64,000 nucleotides of DNA. Source: an uncultured virus (IMG/VR IMGVR_UViG_3300029305_011619) (taxonomy: Duplodnaviria; Heunggongvirae; Uroviricota; Caudoviricetes). Under the pieces are notes generated by a model, which was given only the letters and a program-made list of their open reading frames with translations, ran no database searches and had not been told where the DNA came from. The stretch lies in the IMG/VR virus record IMGVR_UViG_3300029305_011619. The stretch is one strand, 5' to 3'. The position numbers and the translations under genes were made by a program. Positions 1 through 9,642 of the stretch are shown here, piece by piece (the stretch's first letter is position 1; each line of letters opens with the position of its first letter).

Positions 1-1436
1 TAATAACTACCTCCAATCAGACTTGTGATAGCGTTTGAGATTTTAGTATCAATAAGAGATTCTACTTGTGTTCTGTTGTAGTAGTTAGATAAATCAATAT
101 TATTAGAGTTCTGTCTTATTAACTCAAGTACCTGAGATCTTACTAATACATCTTCTGCGTCATCTCGACTCGAACCCCCAATTTTTAGACCTCCGGCATA
201 CCAACCTACACCATTCCAGTCAAGAATATATGCATCTCTTCTCTTATCCCAACTAGTACCACTACCATAGACAACAATGACACCATCTTCGGTTAGATTA
301 CATTTCCCGCCGGCAACCATATTATCTCCTGTAGCTAATGTGCCATAGCCGTGTGCAAAAGAATTTTCACCCTTTGCAATAGTATAGTTATTAATAGCGA
401 CAGAGTATTCGCCTAGAGCTTTTGCGAAATATCCCGCTGAGAATGTATATCTTCCTTTGGCTTGTGTGTTTAACCCAAGAGCAGCAGCACAGTAGGATGC
501 TAAATTGTTTCTACCAGCAACAAAAGAGTAGTCGCCACCTGCAATATTGTTTCTGCCTCCGCCACAAGATGCTTTTCCAGCGGCTTTAGTTCCGATACCA
601 TTTGCAAAAGCAATTGTTACGATATCGACAACGCCCACATCAGGTTTTGACGGCACAAAGAAAATATGGTCATCAAAATCATTGGTTGTTTTGTCAACTT
701 TATTAAATGGTAAATCTTCTTCGTAATAAATCTTTTTACCTTCGATATTTGTAATGGTACCACAGAAATCATAATGAGCTCCGTTTACCATAGAGAACTC
801 GTCACCGACAGCATATCCTAAATCATAATTATCCTGAGAAGGGTCTTCAGGTTCATCAGATTCATTCTTAATCATATACATAAAATCTAAGGATGCATTC
901 GCACCTCTAAAATCCAGTCTACCGCAGTCAGTATCATCTAACTTAACTATGGAAGTTCCGATGTTAATGATACGAACTTTATTATCTCCCTCTTTCATAT
1001 ACAAAGGCATATCTTTGGGAGGTTCCATTCTGTTAGTCCATGTACCGCTTTGTGTTAATTCGTAGTCGGAGTAATACCCATCCTCAGTTATAACTCTAAC
1101 ATTTGCAACATCACCGCCAGTAATGCTTTCTATATATAGTTGGAATGCGTATACGCCTGTGTATGGCATATTTTCAACTGTAATTTCTACAGATTCTCCC
1201 GGAGCTAACTCATTATCTGTGTTAGTACCGCCAGCGTAGTTGTTAAAATATCTTTCCTGATTCTGAGCGGCATATACCCATTGTGCCGGAGAACCTATAT
1301 ACGGGTAATCTGGTTTTGTTTCAGAGTCCGACAATACAATACATTTTTCTTTAGTGTTGATCGAACTAATATAATATCCTTTATGACCCATAATAACATC
1401 GCTACCGATGTTTTTGATATTTAAGCTATCCGTTAT
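1..1436 (-). CDS. Tail fibre / receptor-binding protein with YadA-head-like (Hep_Hag) repeats; stop codon falls at the window edge
   Basis: Not in the ORF track because the stop is cut off. Frame read by hand: GGAGGTG RBS then ATA at 1436 (first ATG at 1391). Contains GTKAAGKASCGGGRNNIAGGDYSFVAGRNNLAS...TIAKGENSFAHGYGTLATG repeats. Confidence 0.65.
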   Translation of the reverse strand, partial: MTDSLNIKNIGSDVIMGHKGYYISSINTKEKCIVLSDSETKPDYPYIGSPAQWVYAAQNQERYFNNYAGGTNTDNELAPGESVEITVENMPYTGVYAFQLYIESITGGDVANVRVITEDGYYSDYELTQSGTWTNRMEPPKDMPLYMKEGDNKVRIINIGTSIVKLDDTDCGRLDFRGANASLDFMYMIKNESDEPEDPSQDNYDLGYAVGDEFSMVNGAHYDFCGTITNIEGKKIYYEEDLPFNKVDKTTNDFDDHIFFVPSKPDVGVVDIVTIAFANGIGTKAAGKASCGGGRNNIAGGDYSFVAGRNNLASYCAAALGLNTQAKGRYTFSAGYFAKALGEYSVAINNYTIAKGENSFAHGYGTLATGDNMVAGGKCNLTEDGVIVVYGSGTSWDKRRDAYILDWNGVGWYAGGLKIGGSSRDDAEDVLVRSQVLELIRQNSNNIDLSNYYNRTQVESLIDTKISNAITSLIGGSY

Positions 1437-1470
1437 AATCACCTCCAATATTATAAAAGTCGTATGGGCA

Positions 1471-1902
1471 TTACGCCCACACGACTTTCTCTACTTCTTC
1501 TATTGTAGTTGCCTTATCAACTTCTAATAATAATTTATTATATGTGTTCCAAATCGAAGTCTTATGTGCTTCCGCAGCGTTAACGACATCAAGAAACTCT
1601 TGAGATGTATACTCTTTCATTGTTCCAACGCCATAAGGTTTATAGAATACGGTCGGATTTGGAGTGCCTAATAATAATTTTGTATTTAACAATGTTAATG
1701 TTTCTAACATGTTTTGTTGGTCTGTTGCATTAAAACCATACTTTACTCCATTTGATTTAAACCCTAACTGAATTAATTGATCTCTTCTAGATGATATTTG
1801 TGATATTCTTTCTTCTTTTACAAAAGGTAAGTCTGTATACATAGACGGATTTGAATCCGTATCATCTATTACAACATACTTACCATTGATTAAAGACAAC
1901 AT
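1471..1902 (-). CDS. DUF4376-like tail fibre assembly/chaperone protein
   Basis: C-terminus ATTIEEVEKVVW is typical of this family; paralogous to 5578-6111; lies in the tail fibre region. Confidence 0.6.
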   Translation of the reverse strand: MLSLINGKYVVIDDTDSNPSMYTDLPFVKEERISQISSRRDQLIQLGFKSNGVKYGFNATDQQNMLETLTLLNTKLLLGTPNPTVFYKPYGVGTMKEYTSQEFLDVVNAAEAHKTSIWNTYNKLLLEVDKATTIEEVEKVVWA

Positions 1903-1903
1903 T

Positions 1904-3238
1904 CTATCTCACCTCCGTTACACGAATCACCGAACCGTTTCGGATAAATCCACGGTTTGTAGCTGCTGCAACCTGCACGTTCATTTTTTTCAGAAAAGTG
2001 TCTCCCTGCTGTATTTCACCGTGACCAAATTCATTACCTGATATTACTTTCGATGTACCATCCGCAAAGTTAATATACCGCAATGTTACAGTTCTTTGTG
2101 TCTTATAGCGGGTATCCGATATCCTTGTAATAGTAAATTCGTTGTAAAACTTGTTTGTTTTATATGCCTTTCCATTATTCAGTACAATATAAATCCCCAT
2201 ATTTTTGGAGGCGGAATCTGTTTGATACGCTGTTGAATCCACAGAATGATAATGGGAAACATTTTTATCTGTTTGGAATTGCGATATAAAATAGGCAGAG
2301 GAAGCTCGTTGGATAAACTGTCCGTCACAAACAAAACTCAAGCTTCCGTAATTACCGTTTAATTTCCATTCTGACGGATTGTATGCTGCTTCCCACACCC
2401 CTGCATCACGCATCTTGACGGTTGCTCCGATTTGGGTAAACTCAACGGGATAATCTTCAATCAGAGTTCCCGACCCCGTTTTCCGATCTGCAAGGGTAAA
2501 CACCGTGGAGTACACCGTTGCACCCTCTGCATAAAACTCCTTCAGCATAAACTGATTGTCGGGCAAGTCATTTCCGCTTGCATCTTTTAAGGTTACATAA
2601 TAGAAATCGTCTGTTTTGAATGCAGAATCCAATGTACCCTCATAAGTGGGTTGATTCGTCCATTCAAGTGTGTTTACTACCTCTTCGTAAAGAACGGTTT
2701 CTTCCATCTTTTTGGATAATTCTTGACCGTGTTCTTCTAAGGTTTCTTCAATATCACCTATAAGATTGTCAACCTCTGTTTTGATGTAGTCATCAATTTT
2801 ACCGATTTCCTTGTAAAGGTTATCAATCTCACCGTTGATGCCATTGAGTTGTTCTCCAAATGACTTTTTGGTCACAAATAAATCATTACATTCCTTAGAT
2901 AATGTTTCATATACATCGGTAATTTTTCTGTCAGCCTCGGGCTTGAAGTACACGTCCATCTTCTGAGCAAATGTTTCGAGAGCCTCCGAAAAATCAATTT
3001 TCTGAGCCAACTTTAAAGTCATATCCTTGACTGAACAAGCACCAACTTCATCAGCCGTATAAGTCGGCTTGTTCGGTTGTTTCGCCCAATCGGGAACAGT
3101 AGGGTCTGTTTCGGTAAATTCCACCGGATTTTCTTCCAAATATTTTTTCACAGATTCTTCAATTTGGCTATCTGAAACTCCACCGCTAGGAAGCTCAACA
3201 AACTTGCCATTTTTATTTCTAAAATAAATTGCTGCCAT
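1904..3238 (-). CDS. Tail fibre-related protein
   Basis: ETDPTVPDWAKQPNKPTYTADEVGA fibre motif, coiled-coil middle and beta-rich C-terminus. Confidence 0.6.
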   Translation of the reverse strand: MAAIYFRNKNGKFVELPSGGVSDSQIEESVKKYLEENPVEFTETDPTVPDWAKQPNKPTYTADEVGACSVKDMTLKLAQKIDFSEALETFAQKMDVYFKPEADRKITDVYETLSKECNDLFVTKKSFGEQLNGINGEIDNLYKEIGKIDDYIKTEVDNLIGDIEETLEEHGQELSKKMEETVLYEEVVNTLEWTNQPTYEGTLDSAFKTDDFYYVTLKDASGNDLPDNQFMLKEFYAEGATVYSTVFTLADRKTGSGTLIEDYPVEFTQIGATVKMRDAGVWEAAYNPSEWKLNGNYGSLSFVCDGQFIQRASSAYFISQFQTDKNVSHYHSVDSTAYQTDSASKNMGIYIVLNNGKAYKTNKFYNEFTITRISDTRYKTQRTVTLRYINFADGTSKVISGNEFGHGEIQQGDTFLKKMNVQVAAATNRGFIRNGSVIRVTEVR

Positions 3239-3241
3239 TTA

Positions 3242-5587
3242 TTAAACCTCCTGCTTTGTTAATATTAAATTTGTGTATGTTACCGTATCGTTTAATACGG
3301 TATCACCATTGTCACCCTGATATGCTACAGGGTTTAATACAGTCCAGTAAGCATTCTCAGGAACAGTAAATTCTATGGATAAGTTTGTTCCGCTACTACT
3401 ATTAACAGAACTAATATAAGTACCATCTTCATTTAAGAAGTTTACGTAAAGACGCCCTTTCCCGGAACCTTCACTTGTTGTACTTGCCTCACCAGAGAAC
3501 ACATAGGTTGCACCAACCTCTAATGGCATCGGTAAACCAATACCGACATTTTTATACGCCGTAAATGTCACATTATTACCTTCAACCACTACATCAGATG
3601 CATAAGATGGATGTATAGCGCCAGTCCCAGCAAAACCAACATAGTAAAACTTCCTGCTTAAATCCTTTTGGTCTCCGGCTCCGATACTAGAAGAGTAAAC
3701 TTTCTGTGTTCTACTACCAATATCCCAAGTAGGAACGTAGTTATCTATTGCAACAGCAGTAATTATAATATTGCCAGTTACATTTTCAATAGTAATCATT
3801 CCGTTGTTATATACAGAAGTTCCATCTGAGTTAATGTTATTTGTAATATCTATACCACCCATTGTAATTGATACTTCATCGGATAGAATGCACTCCGAAT
3901 CGGCTACAATAGTTGTAGTGTATACGGAACCTTCTATAACGGTATTATTTGTTGTACTGCTTGAGCAATTTGTTAAATTGTATACTACGTCATGCTCTTT
4001 CTTAGATACATCAATAGAAATCGATCTGTCAATATCTGCACCATAGCCAATAGAGTGGACTACTTGATTGTCCAAATCAATAAAATAGAAAGTAGCAGAA
4101 GTATCTTTTTCGGTACCTGATATTTTTACTATCTTATTTTTCTCCTCGGTAGAAATGCTGTAATATCCTTTATCTTCATATCTTGCGGCTGTTGGATCCT
4201 GAGTGGAACTTCCTGTAGATATTCTAACAATATCTAACTCCGTTTTATCATCGATAAATTTAAGTTTGCCGTAAATATTGTTATGTAAATGCCCGTGGAT
4301 ATTTACTATTTTTGGAGAATTTATTCCTGAATAACTCTTAGTTAAATAGCCGTTAAAATAAGTCTTGTATGATTGCACTGCGCTACTTTCATTTTGTGCA
4401 CTGCAATGCGCTTCGTCAACTTCGATGGAGACATCTCCTCCGTTTTTTTGGTTGTATGCGCTTAAAATCGCCTTTAAGTCATCGCCTTTATTATAATCTC
4501 CTTCTGCAAAATCGAGTGGTATATGGGATAATACAATAATAAGCCAATCCTCAAAGTTGCTTTTACTAGATAAATCAAGAGAACGCATAAACCAATCTTT
4601 TTGTTCATACGACATACCATTTCCGCCTTGCGCATCCCAGTAGTCGCAGGTATTTAAACAGATTACGCGGACTTTTTTATCTTCATAATCTTTATAACCA
4701 TACCCCCTGATTTTCGTTAAACCAGAATCATCAAAGCTCGTTTTTCCTTCTTGGTGGTTATACTTTCCAATAAAGTTGTATAATTCTTGTGTGCTATTGC
4801 CTTTATCATGATTACCAATCAAGTTATAGGAACTAACAGACGTTAGAGCATCTTTAGAGATAGACTCCATATAAACCATACTATCATACGCTGATTGCAC
4901 CAAATTTCCATTAAGATCATATAATCCTGAGTTTGCGATGTTATCACCAAGATTTGTAATAAAATCGCACTGAGCGGATAATCCGACAGATTTTAATGCG
5001 AATAAAGCATGGTTTGCGCTTGTTTTTACAGATTCATTATTGATATCAATATGGGTATCTGCAATAGCACCAAATAAGATATGATTCGGATATTTAGATT
5101 TAAGTTCTAATAATCTCTGAGTTACTCTTCCTGATTCAACATAATGATAATTCGGAATCGTTATAGTTGGAGTATTAGGATTTACAATAGGTTCATCTGT
5201 TTCGTCATCATTACTTCCGCCACCGCCATATGATGGGTTTACCGATGGATTTATCCAAATTAAAACATTAGGGTCTGTAGGCTCCGTGTTTCCTATGTAC
5301 ACCTCTTTAATTCCATTCAACACCATACGAAGCAACTCGTCTGTAAAATCATTTGTAGATAATCCCTTCCCGGCTATTTTATCTACTTTTTGATTCCATC
5401 TCGCTTTATCACTTTGTGTTACGTGTATATTTTTATCATTAATATGATTATCGATTTTTTCTTTTGTTTTATAGTAATCACCGGAAGGTGTACTATCTTT
5501 TTTGTTTAATATGTTTTGTAATTCTTCACCTGTGTTGCCAATTACAATATATTCTTTTGGAGCGTTATCCATATATTTCACCTCCAC
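3242..5587 (-). CDS. Tail-associated protein with a calcineurin-like metallophosphoesterase domain
   Basis: Motifs ADTH, GDN, GNHD, SH, HGHLH; N-terminal KVDKIAGKGLSTNDFT fibre motif; C-terminal beta-rich domains. Confidence 0.7.
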   Translation of the reverse strand: MEVKYMDNAPKEYIVIGNTGEELQNILNKKDSTPSGDYYKTKEKIDNHINDKNIHVTQSDKARWNQKVDKIAGKGLSTNDFTDELLRMVLNGIKEVYIGNTEPTDPNVLIWINPSVNPSYGGGGSNDDETDEPIVNPNTPTITIPNYHYVESGRVTQRLLELKSKYPNHILFGAIADTHIDINNESVKTSANHALFALKSVGLSAQCDFITNLGDNIANSGLYDLNGNLVQSAYDSMVYMESISKDALTSVSSYNLIGNHDKGNSTQELYNFIGKYNHQEGKTSFDDSGLTKIRGYGYKDYEDKKVRVICLNTCDYWDAQGGNGMSYEQKDWFMRSLDLSSKSNFEDWLIIVLSHIPLDFAEGDYNKGDDLKAILSAYNQKNGGDVSIEVDEAHCSAQNESSAVQSYKTYFNGYLTKSYSGINSPKIVNIHGHLHNNIYGKLKFIDDKTELDIVRISTGSSTQDPTAARYEDKGYYSISTEEKNKIVKISGTEKDTSATFYFIDLDNQVVHSIGYGADIDRSISIDVSKKEHDVVYNLTNCSSSTTNNTVIEGSVYTTTIVADSECILSDEVSITMGGIDITNNINSDGTSVYNNGMITIENVTGNIIITAVAIDNYVPTWDIGSRTQKVYSSSIGAGDQKDLSRKFYYVGFAGTGAIHPSYASDVVVEGNNVTFTAYKNVGIGLPMPLEVGATYVFSGEASTTSEGSGKGRLYVNFLNEDGTYISSVNSSSGTNLSIEFTVPENAYWTVLNPVAYQGDNGDTVLNDTVTYTNLILTKQEV

Positions 5588-6111
5588 TGAATATTTTCGA
5601 TTTCTTCTTTAGTTTGAGCTGAGTTTAACTGCGTCAGCAGGGGATAATATTTTATCACTCTGTTTTCTGTAATGTGTTTTTGACCTTGCAGCCAAAATGC
5701 TTTATACTGTTCATACGTAATGAATTTATAAGTGGCAGATTCACCTTTACCTTTAATACCTACCATACCTTCGGGATAACCCATAGCAGTAAAATAGGCG
5801 ATAACATCAGGATTGCCTTCTTCGGCTAATTTAACTGTTTCGTATTGGGTTGTCCAGTTCTGCTGGTCTGTAATATCAAATCCGTAAAGAATGTTTTCTC
5901 CCGTAATATTAGAATAAAAGCCCGTGACGATAGCTTCCTCACAGGCTTTTGATAACTCTTCTTTTTTCTGTTGTTTTAACACATCTAAGTCAATATACTC
6001 CTCAATTTCAATTGAGTATGTAGGGGAGGGGAACATCCGATGTGCAGTAGCTTTATCTCTGAATACATACGAACCTAATAAAATATCATTTTTATATACT
6101 TTAACATTCAT
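5578..6111 (-). CDS. DUF4376-like tail fibre assembly protein
   Basis: LKQQKKEELSKACEEAIVTGF...YGFDITDQQN...AQTKEEIENIQW. Confidence 0.6.
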   Translation of the reverse strand: MNVKVYKNDILLGSYVFRDKATAHRMFPSPTYSIEIEEYIDLDVLKQQKKEELSKACEEAIVTGFYSNITGENILYGFDITDQQNWTTQYETVKLAEEGNPDVIAYFTAMGYPEGMVGIKGKGESATYKFITYEQYKAFWLQGQKHITENRVIKYYPLLTQLNSAQTKEEIENIQWR

Positions 6112-6114
6112 ATT

Positions 6115-7179
6115 TTATACCTCCCATCTCATAATGACGATACCTTGGAATCCATATGAATCTTCACTTTTTACTCCGCATGCACCTGCTCCAAAAAACA
6201 TACCCGGGTAGAACCCGTAATTATTATATCCACCGCCTGTACTATATCTAACAGTGCTTGAGCTACCGCTAGCACCATACAGATCACCAAACGCATCTTC
6301 GTCGAACGGGAAAACCCCGTCGGACTTATCAGAATAATTTGTTGAATTCGCGGTAGTATATCCACCATTTCCAATTGTTACTGAAGAATCTGACCATGAA
6401 TTCATCCCTACAGTAACGCTTGCAATATCTCCGTTCCCATTAGCTGTAATTTTTTTTCTTTTGCCACCGAATCCATATCCAGCTCTATTGTTTGTAATTT
6501 TTGCATTTTGTCCTGCACTCATTATAAACATTTCTACATTTTTATTCGGTAAGATAATTCTATCACATGATGTTAGGAATATAGCATAATAATAATTGTT
6601 ATGAACACCGCCATTATGAGTAGTACTATACAATAGGCGCGACGCATCTCCATAATCACTTATTTCTACAACTCCATCCAAAGTTGCTACTGGAATTATA
6701 TCCATACTGTATACATTTGTATCAAAATCAAATTTTTTTAAATCAAGAATAGCTTCGTATACCGTTGTTGTTTTTGTGCTCTCATATTTAATTTTATATG
6801 TACCGTTTTTCGGCAGTTGAATTCCCTTGATTGAAGTTCTACTGCCAACCTTGCACTGATATAATCTATCATATTCTTTTGATTCAAAAGAATCTTCATT
6901 GTCGTGATAAAATTCAGTCGATTCGATTGTAAGTTCTGCATCTAAGTCGATATTATGCGGGATGCTAATATTTAAAGTCATATACGCATCAAATTTATCA
7001 TCAACATATTTCTGTGTAATGACCTGATTTTCATCTTGAACATCAATTGGAGTGCCGTCATCGTTCTTTATTTTTATGATACCATTGATAATTTGTTCTC
7101 CGGTATCGGATTTATCTAAGGCATTATCTAGCATTTGAGTGGCTTGTGCCATAGTTTTACCTTTTAAACTAAAAGCCAT
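6115..7179 (-). CDS. Putative tail fibre/baseplate protein with Gly-rich C-terminus
   Basis: Gly-rich C-terminal domain ending GFQGIVIMRW; lies in the tail module. Confidence 0.5.
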   Translation of the reverse strand: MAFSLKGKTMAQATQMLDNALDKSDTGEQIINGIIKIKNDDGTPIDVQDENQVITQKYVDDKFDAYMTLNISIPHNIDLDAELTIESTEFYHDNEDSFESKEYDRLYQCKVGSRTSIKGIQLPKNGTYKIKYESTKTTTVYEAILDLKKFDFDTNVYSMDIIPVATLDGVVEISDYGDASRLLYSTTHNGGVHNNYYYAIFLTSCDRIILPNKNVEMFIMSAGQNAKITNNRAGYGFGGKRKKITANGNGDIASVTVGMNSWSDSSVTIGNGGYTTANSTNYSDKSDGVFPFDEDAFGDLYGASGSSSTVRYSTGGGYNNYGFYPGMFFGAGACGVKSEDSYGFQGIVIMRWEV

Positions 7180-7196
7180 TTATCATTCCTCCTATC

Positions 7197-7520
7197 TTAA
7201 TTGGTAATACCGCATTTTAAACTAATATAAGAATTGCTCCAATTCCCGTTAACAGAGGTTACTCTTACTTTATCCCCGGCGACAAGAATATCATTTGTAT
7301 TATTCTTGATTTCTCCTGTTTGAATACCGTTTTTAAGAATTTCTACAACAGCGCTGATTGTTTTCGTATTATCTTCGTTGTTTGTTGCGGAAATTATAAC
7401 ACCGTATTCTGAAGACTCTCCGTTCTGCATTGCGTTTTCTATCTTACGGTCAACCATATCTTCAATCATCTTGTAAAACAAGTTAAATGTTTCATTTTCA
7501 AAGAAATTACCATTATTCAT
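7197..7520 (-). CDS. Small baseplate/spike-like hypothetical protein
   Basis: ORF with RBS; LVAGDKVRV motif; follows the hub-like gene. Confidence 0.4.
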   Translation of the reverse strand: MNNGNFFENETFNLFYKMIEDMVDRKIENAMQNGESSEYGVIISATNNEDNTKTISAVVEILKNGIQTGEIKNNTNDILVAGDKVRVTSVNGNWSNSYISLKCGITN

Positions 7521-8770
7521 ATAACTTCCTCCAAACTAACCATAGTTCCGCTGTATTTCCCTGTCTCGTTAAGTGGAATATTTAGTGAATTGATAATAAA
7601 TTTAGAATATAATAAGCCAAGGTATTCATCAGATACACCAACAATACGATTAACATCTAAATGTGGGATGCAAGTACAGTTGAAATTTTCCTTAATAGAT
7701 AGGATTCGTCCGTTCAATAATGTATAATCCGCCAAATCCTGAGCTAACTCATCTGAATAAATATTATCATTTGTGACATACTTAGATTTTGCGTCAGGGA
7801 AGTGATAGATATTGGTCTTAGAAGAAGGACTGTCATTAACAGCGGTAGCATTAAATATCATACCATTAATATTTCCACCCACAACAACAACCTTATTAAC
7901 TAAATCTGATACATTATACTCAATCGAAGTATCTGGAAAGTAATCTATTCCTGATTCAGTAAAATGATATATAACAGGCTTTGTTTTCGTGATGGTTGCA
8001 TTGTTGATTTCAAAGGTTAAATTCCCGTTTTCGTTGTAATACACATCACATTGCATTAGCTCTGCGAGTTTAAGAATAATATTCCCGATATTATCATCAG
8101 CAGAGAGGGTAATGCGGTACATGGTAGTCATACTGCTATATTTTTCAGGGAAAATAATAGGTTTGGTATCGTAAGCCTTACCGTTACCTTTATTAAATAG
8201 TAGTAATGACTCCACAATCGTCCTGATATTAGTGCCGTTTTCAAAGTATGTAGCTGTTGTTATTTTACCTCCGATAGTACCATTCAACAAAGCAAACTTG
8301 TCCTTAAGCTGAACCACTAAAGTTCCTTTATCCTTGTTAGGAGTAATACTCTCTACAATGAAAATTCCCTTCGGATTCCAATAAACAGATTGCCCGCAAA
8401 CAACACCAACATCGAAACTAAATTTGGTATTGTAGTAGATGCTCCCCGTATAAGGCGCCATTGTAAATTTACCATCAGTGTTATCCAGTTCGAAATTTAA
8501 ACTTGCACGTTGCCCACTTTTATGCTCTGCCGAATACGAACCACTGTCGGTAATGACATATTCGGAGATATCTTCTTTAACTCTCTCGTCGTCATTTAAG
8601 ATACAGATTCTATATACAGGTTCAACAATATGGTTTTGCAAGTCTTCGAAGTAAGCCTCTGAACCACCGACGATTTGAGCAGGGTCAGAAGATAAAATAT
8701 ATTCATTATTGATTGTTTTTAAAAACTTTCCGTCACTTGAAACGAGGGCTTTATTTCTAAAGTATTTCAC
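7517..8770 (-). CDS. Baseplate hub / Tal-like tail protein
   Basis: CDVYYNENGNLTF, NKVVVVG and IPHLDVNRIV motifs typical of hub proteins; located downstream of the tape measure gene. Confidence 0.55.
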   Translation of the reverse strand: MKYFRNKALVSSDGKFLKTINNEYILSSDPAQIVGGSEAYFEDLQNHIVEPVYRICILNDDERVKEDISEYVITDSGSYSAEHKSGQRASLNFELDNTDGKFTMAPYTGSIYYNTKFSFDVGVVCGQSVYWNPKGIFIVESITPNKDKGTLVVQLKDKFALLNGTIGGKITTATYFENGTNIRTIVESLLLFNKGNGKAYDTKPIIFPEKYSSMTTMYRITLSADDNIGNIILKLAELMQCDVYYNENGNLTFEINNATITKTKPVIYHFTESGIDYFPDTSIEYNVSDLVNKVVVVGGNINGMIFNATAVNDSPSSKTNIYHFPDAKSKYVTNDNIYSDELAQDLADYTLLNGRILSIKENFNCTCIPHLDVNRIVGVSDEYLGLLYSKFIINSLNIPLNETGKYSGTMVSLEEVI

Positions 8771-9642
8771 TATACCACCGCCTCACCCATCAAATATACT
8801 CTAATGTTGTTAGCGTCTTCAAGCTGCACATAGTCAAAGCTTAATTCAATCACTTCTCCTAGAACTTCATCCATAATATTGAATTTACTGTTGTAAATAT
8901 CAACGGGATATATCATCCCTTTTGTAGTCTTCAATAGTTTAAGTTCTCCATTGTTTACAAACTCCTCCCACTTGTCCATAAGGGCAGGGGAGTCATAGTA
9001 TTCACAGTCTGACTGTGATATATTTCCCAAAAGACAGCTAAGGCTTCCTTCTTTATATCTCCGTTTTCCATACATAACCTTGGGGAATCTTGAGTATGTC
9101 TCGTGTAATTGTCTGTTCACGGTATCTCCGATTGTTCCACTTTCGATATTTAATTGGAAATTCCAGATATTATTTTTATCAACGGTGTATTCGTTTTTAG
9201 ATTGCTTCTTTAAACCGATAACACTCCACCCATTCCAAGAAGGTGTGATATAATCGGATTTGATCGGTGAAGACAATATTGTTTTATCGTTTTCTCCTGT
9301 TATTTTAGGATAAATATAGAAAGATAGTTTTGTATTTGCTTTGGTGTTAAAATCATATAATGTTTTAATGTTTTTGCTGGTGTCAGATATGTAATAAAGA
9401 ACACCGTTTTCTTCTCTAAACACTTTATATCCGGTAATTAAACTATTGATATCGAAATTAGAAGCGGACAATAAATTTTCTATGTCAGGATACGAGGCGA
9501 GCATGACTGTGTTTAAACTCCAGTCAGGCTTTTTTAGTTTACCCTCTATAATAATATTTTCCGGGACATTCATATCAGTAGTTTTCTCAGCCATTACATA
9601 AGCATTGGTATGAGAACCTGTAATTCTAATGGAATTATACAT
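8770..9642 (-). CDS. Distal tail / baseplate-type structural protein
   Basis: Likely true start is ATG 9642 after AGAGGTG; the longer ORF call overlaps the upstream gene. Confidence 0.5.
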   Translation of the reverse strand: MYNSIRITGSHTNAYVMAEKTTDMNVPENIIIEGKLKKPDWSLNTVMLASYPDIENLLSASNFDINSLITGYKVFREENGVLYYISDTSKNIKTLYDFNTKANTKLSFYIYPKITGENDKTILSSPIKSDYITPSWNGWSVIGLKKQSKNEYTVDKNNIWNFQLNIESGTIGDTVNRQLHETYSRFPKVMYGKRRYKEGSLSCLLGNISQSDCEYYDSPALMDKWEEFVNNGELKLLKTTKGMIYPVDIYNSKFNIMDEVLGEVIELSFDYVQLEDANNIRVYLMGEAVV

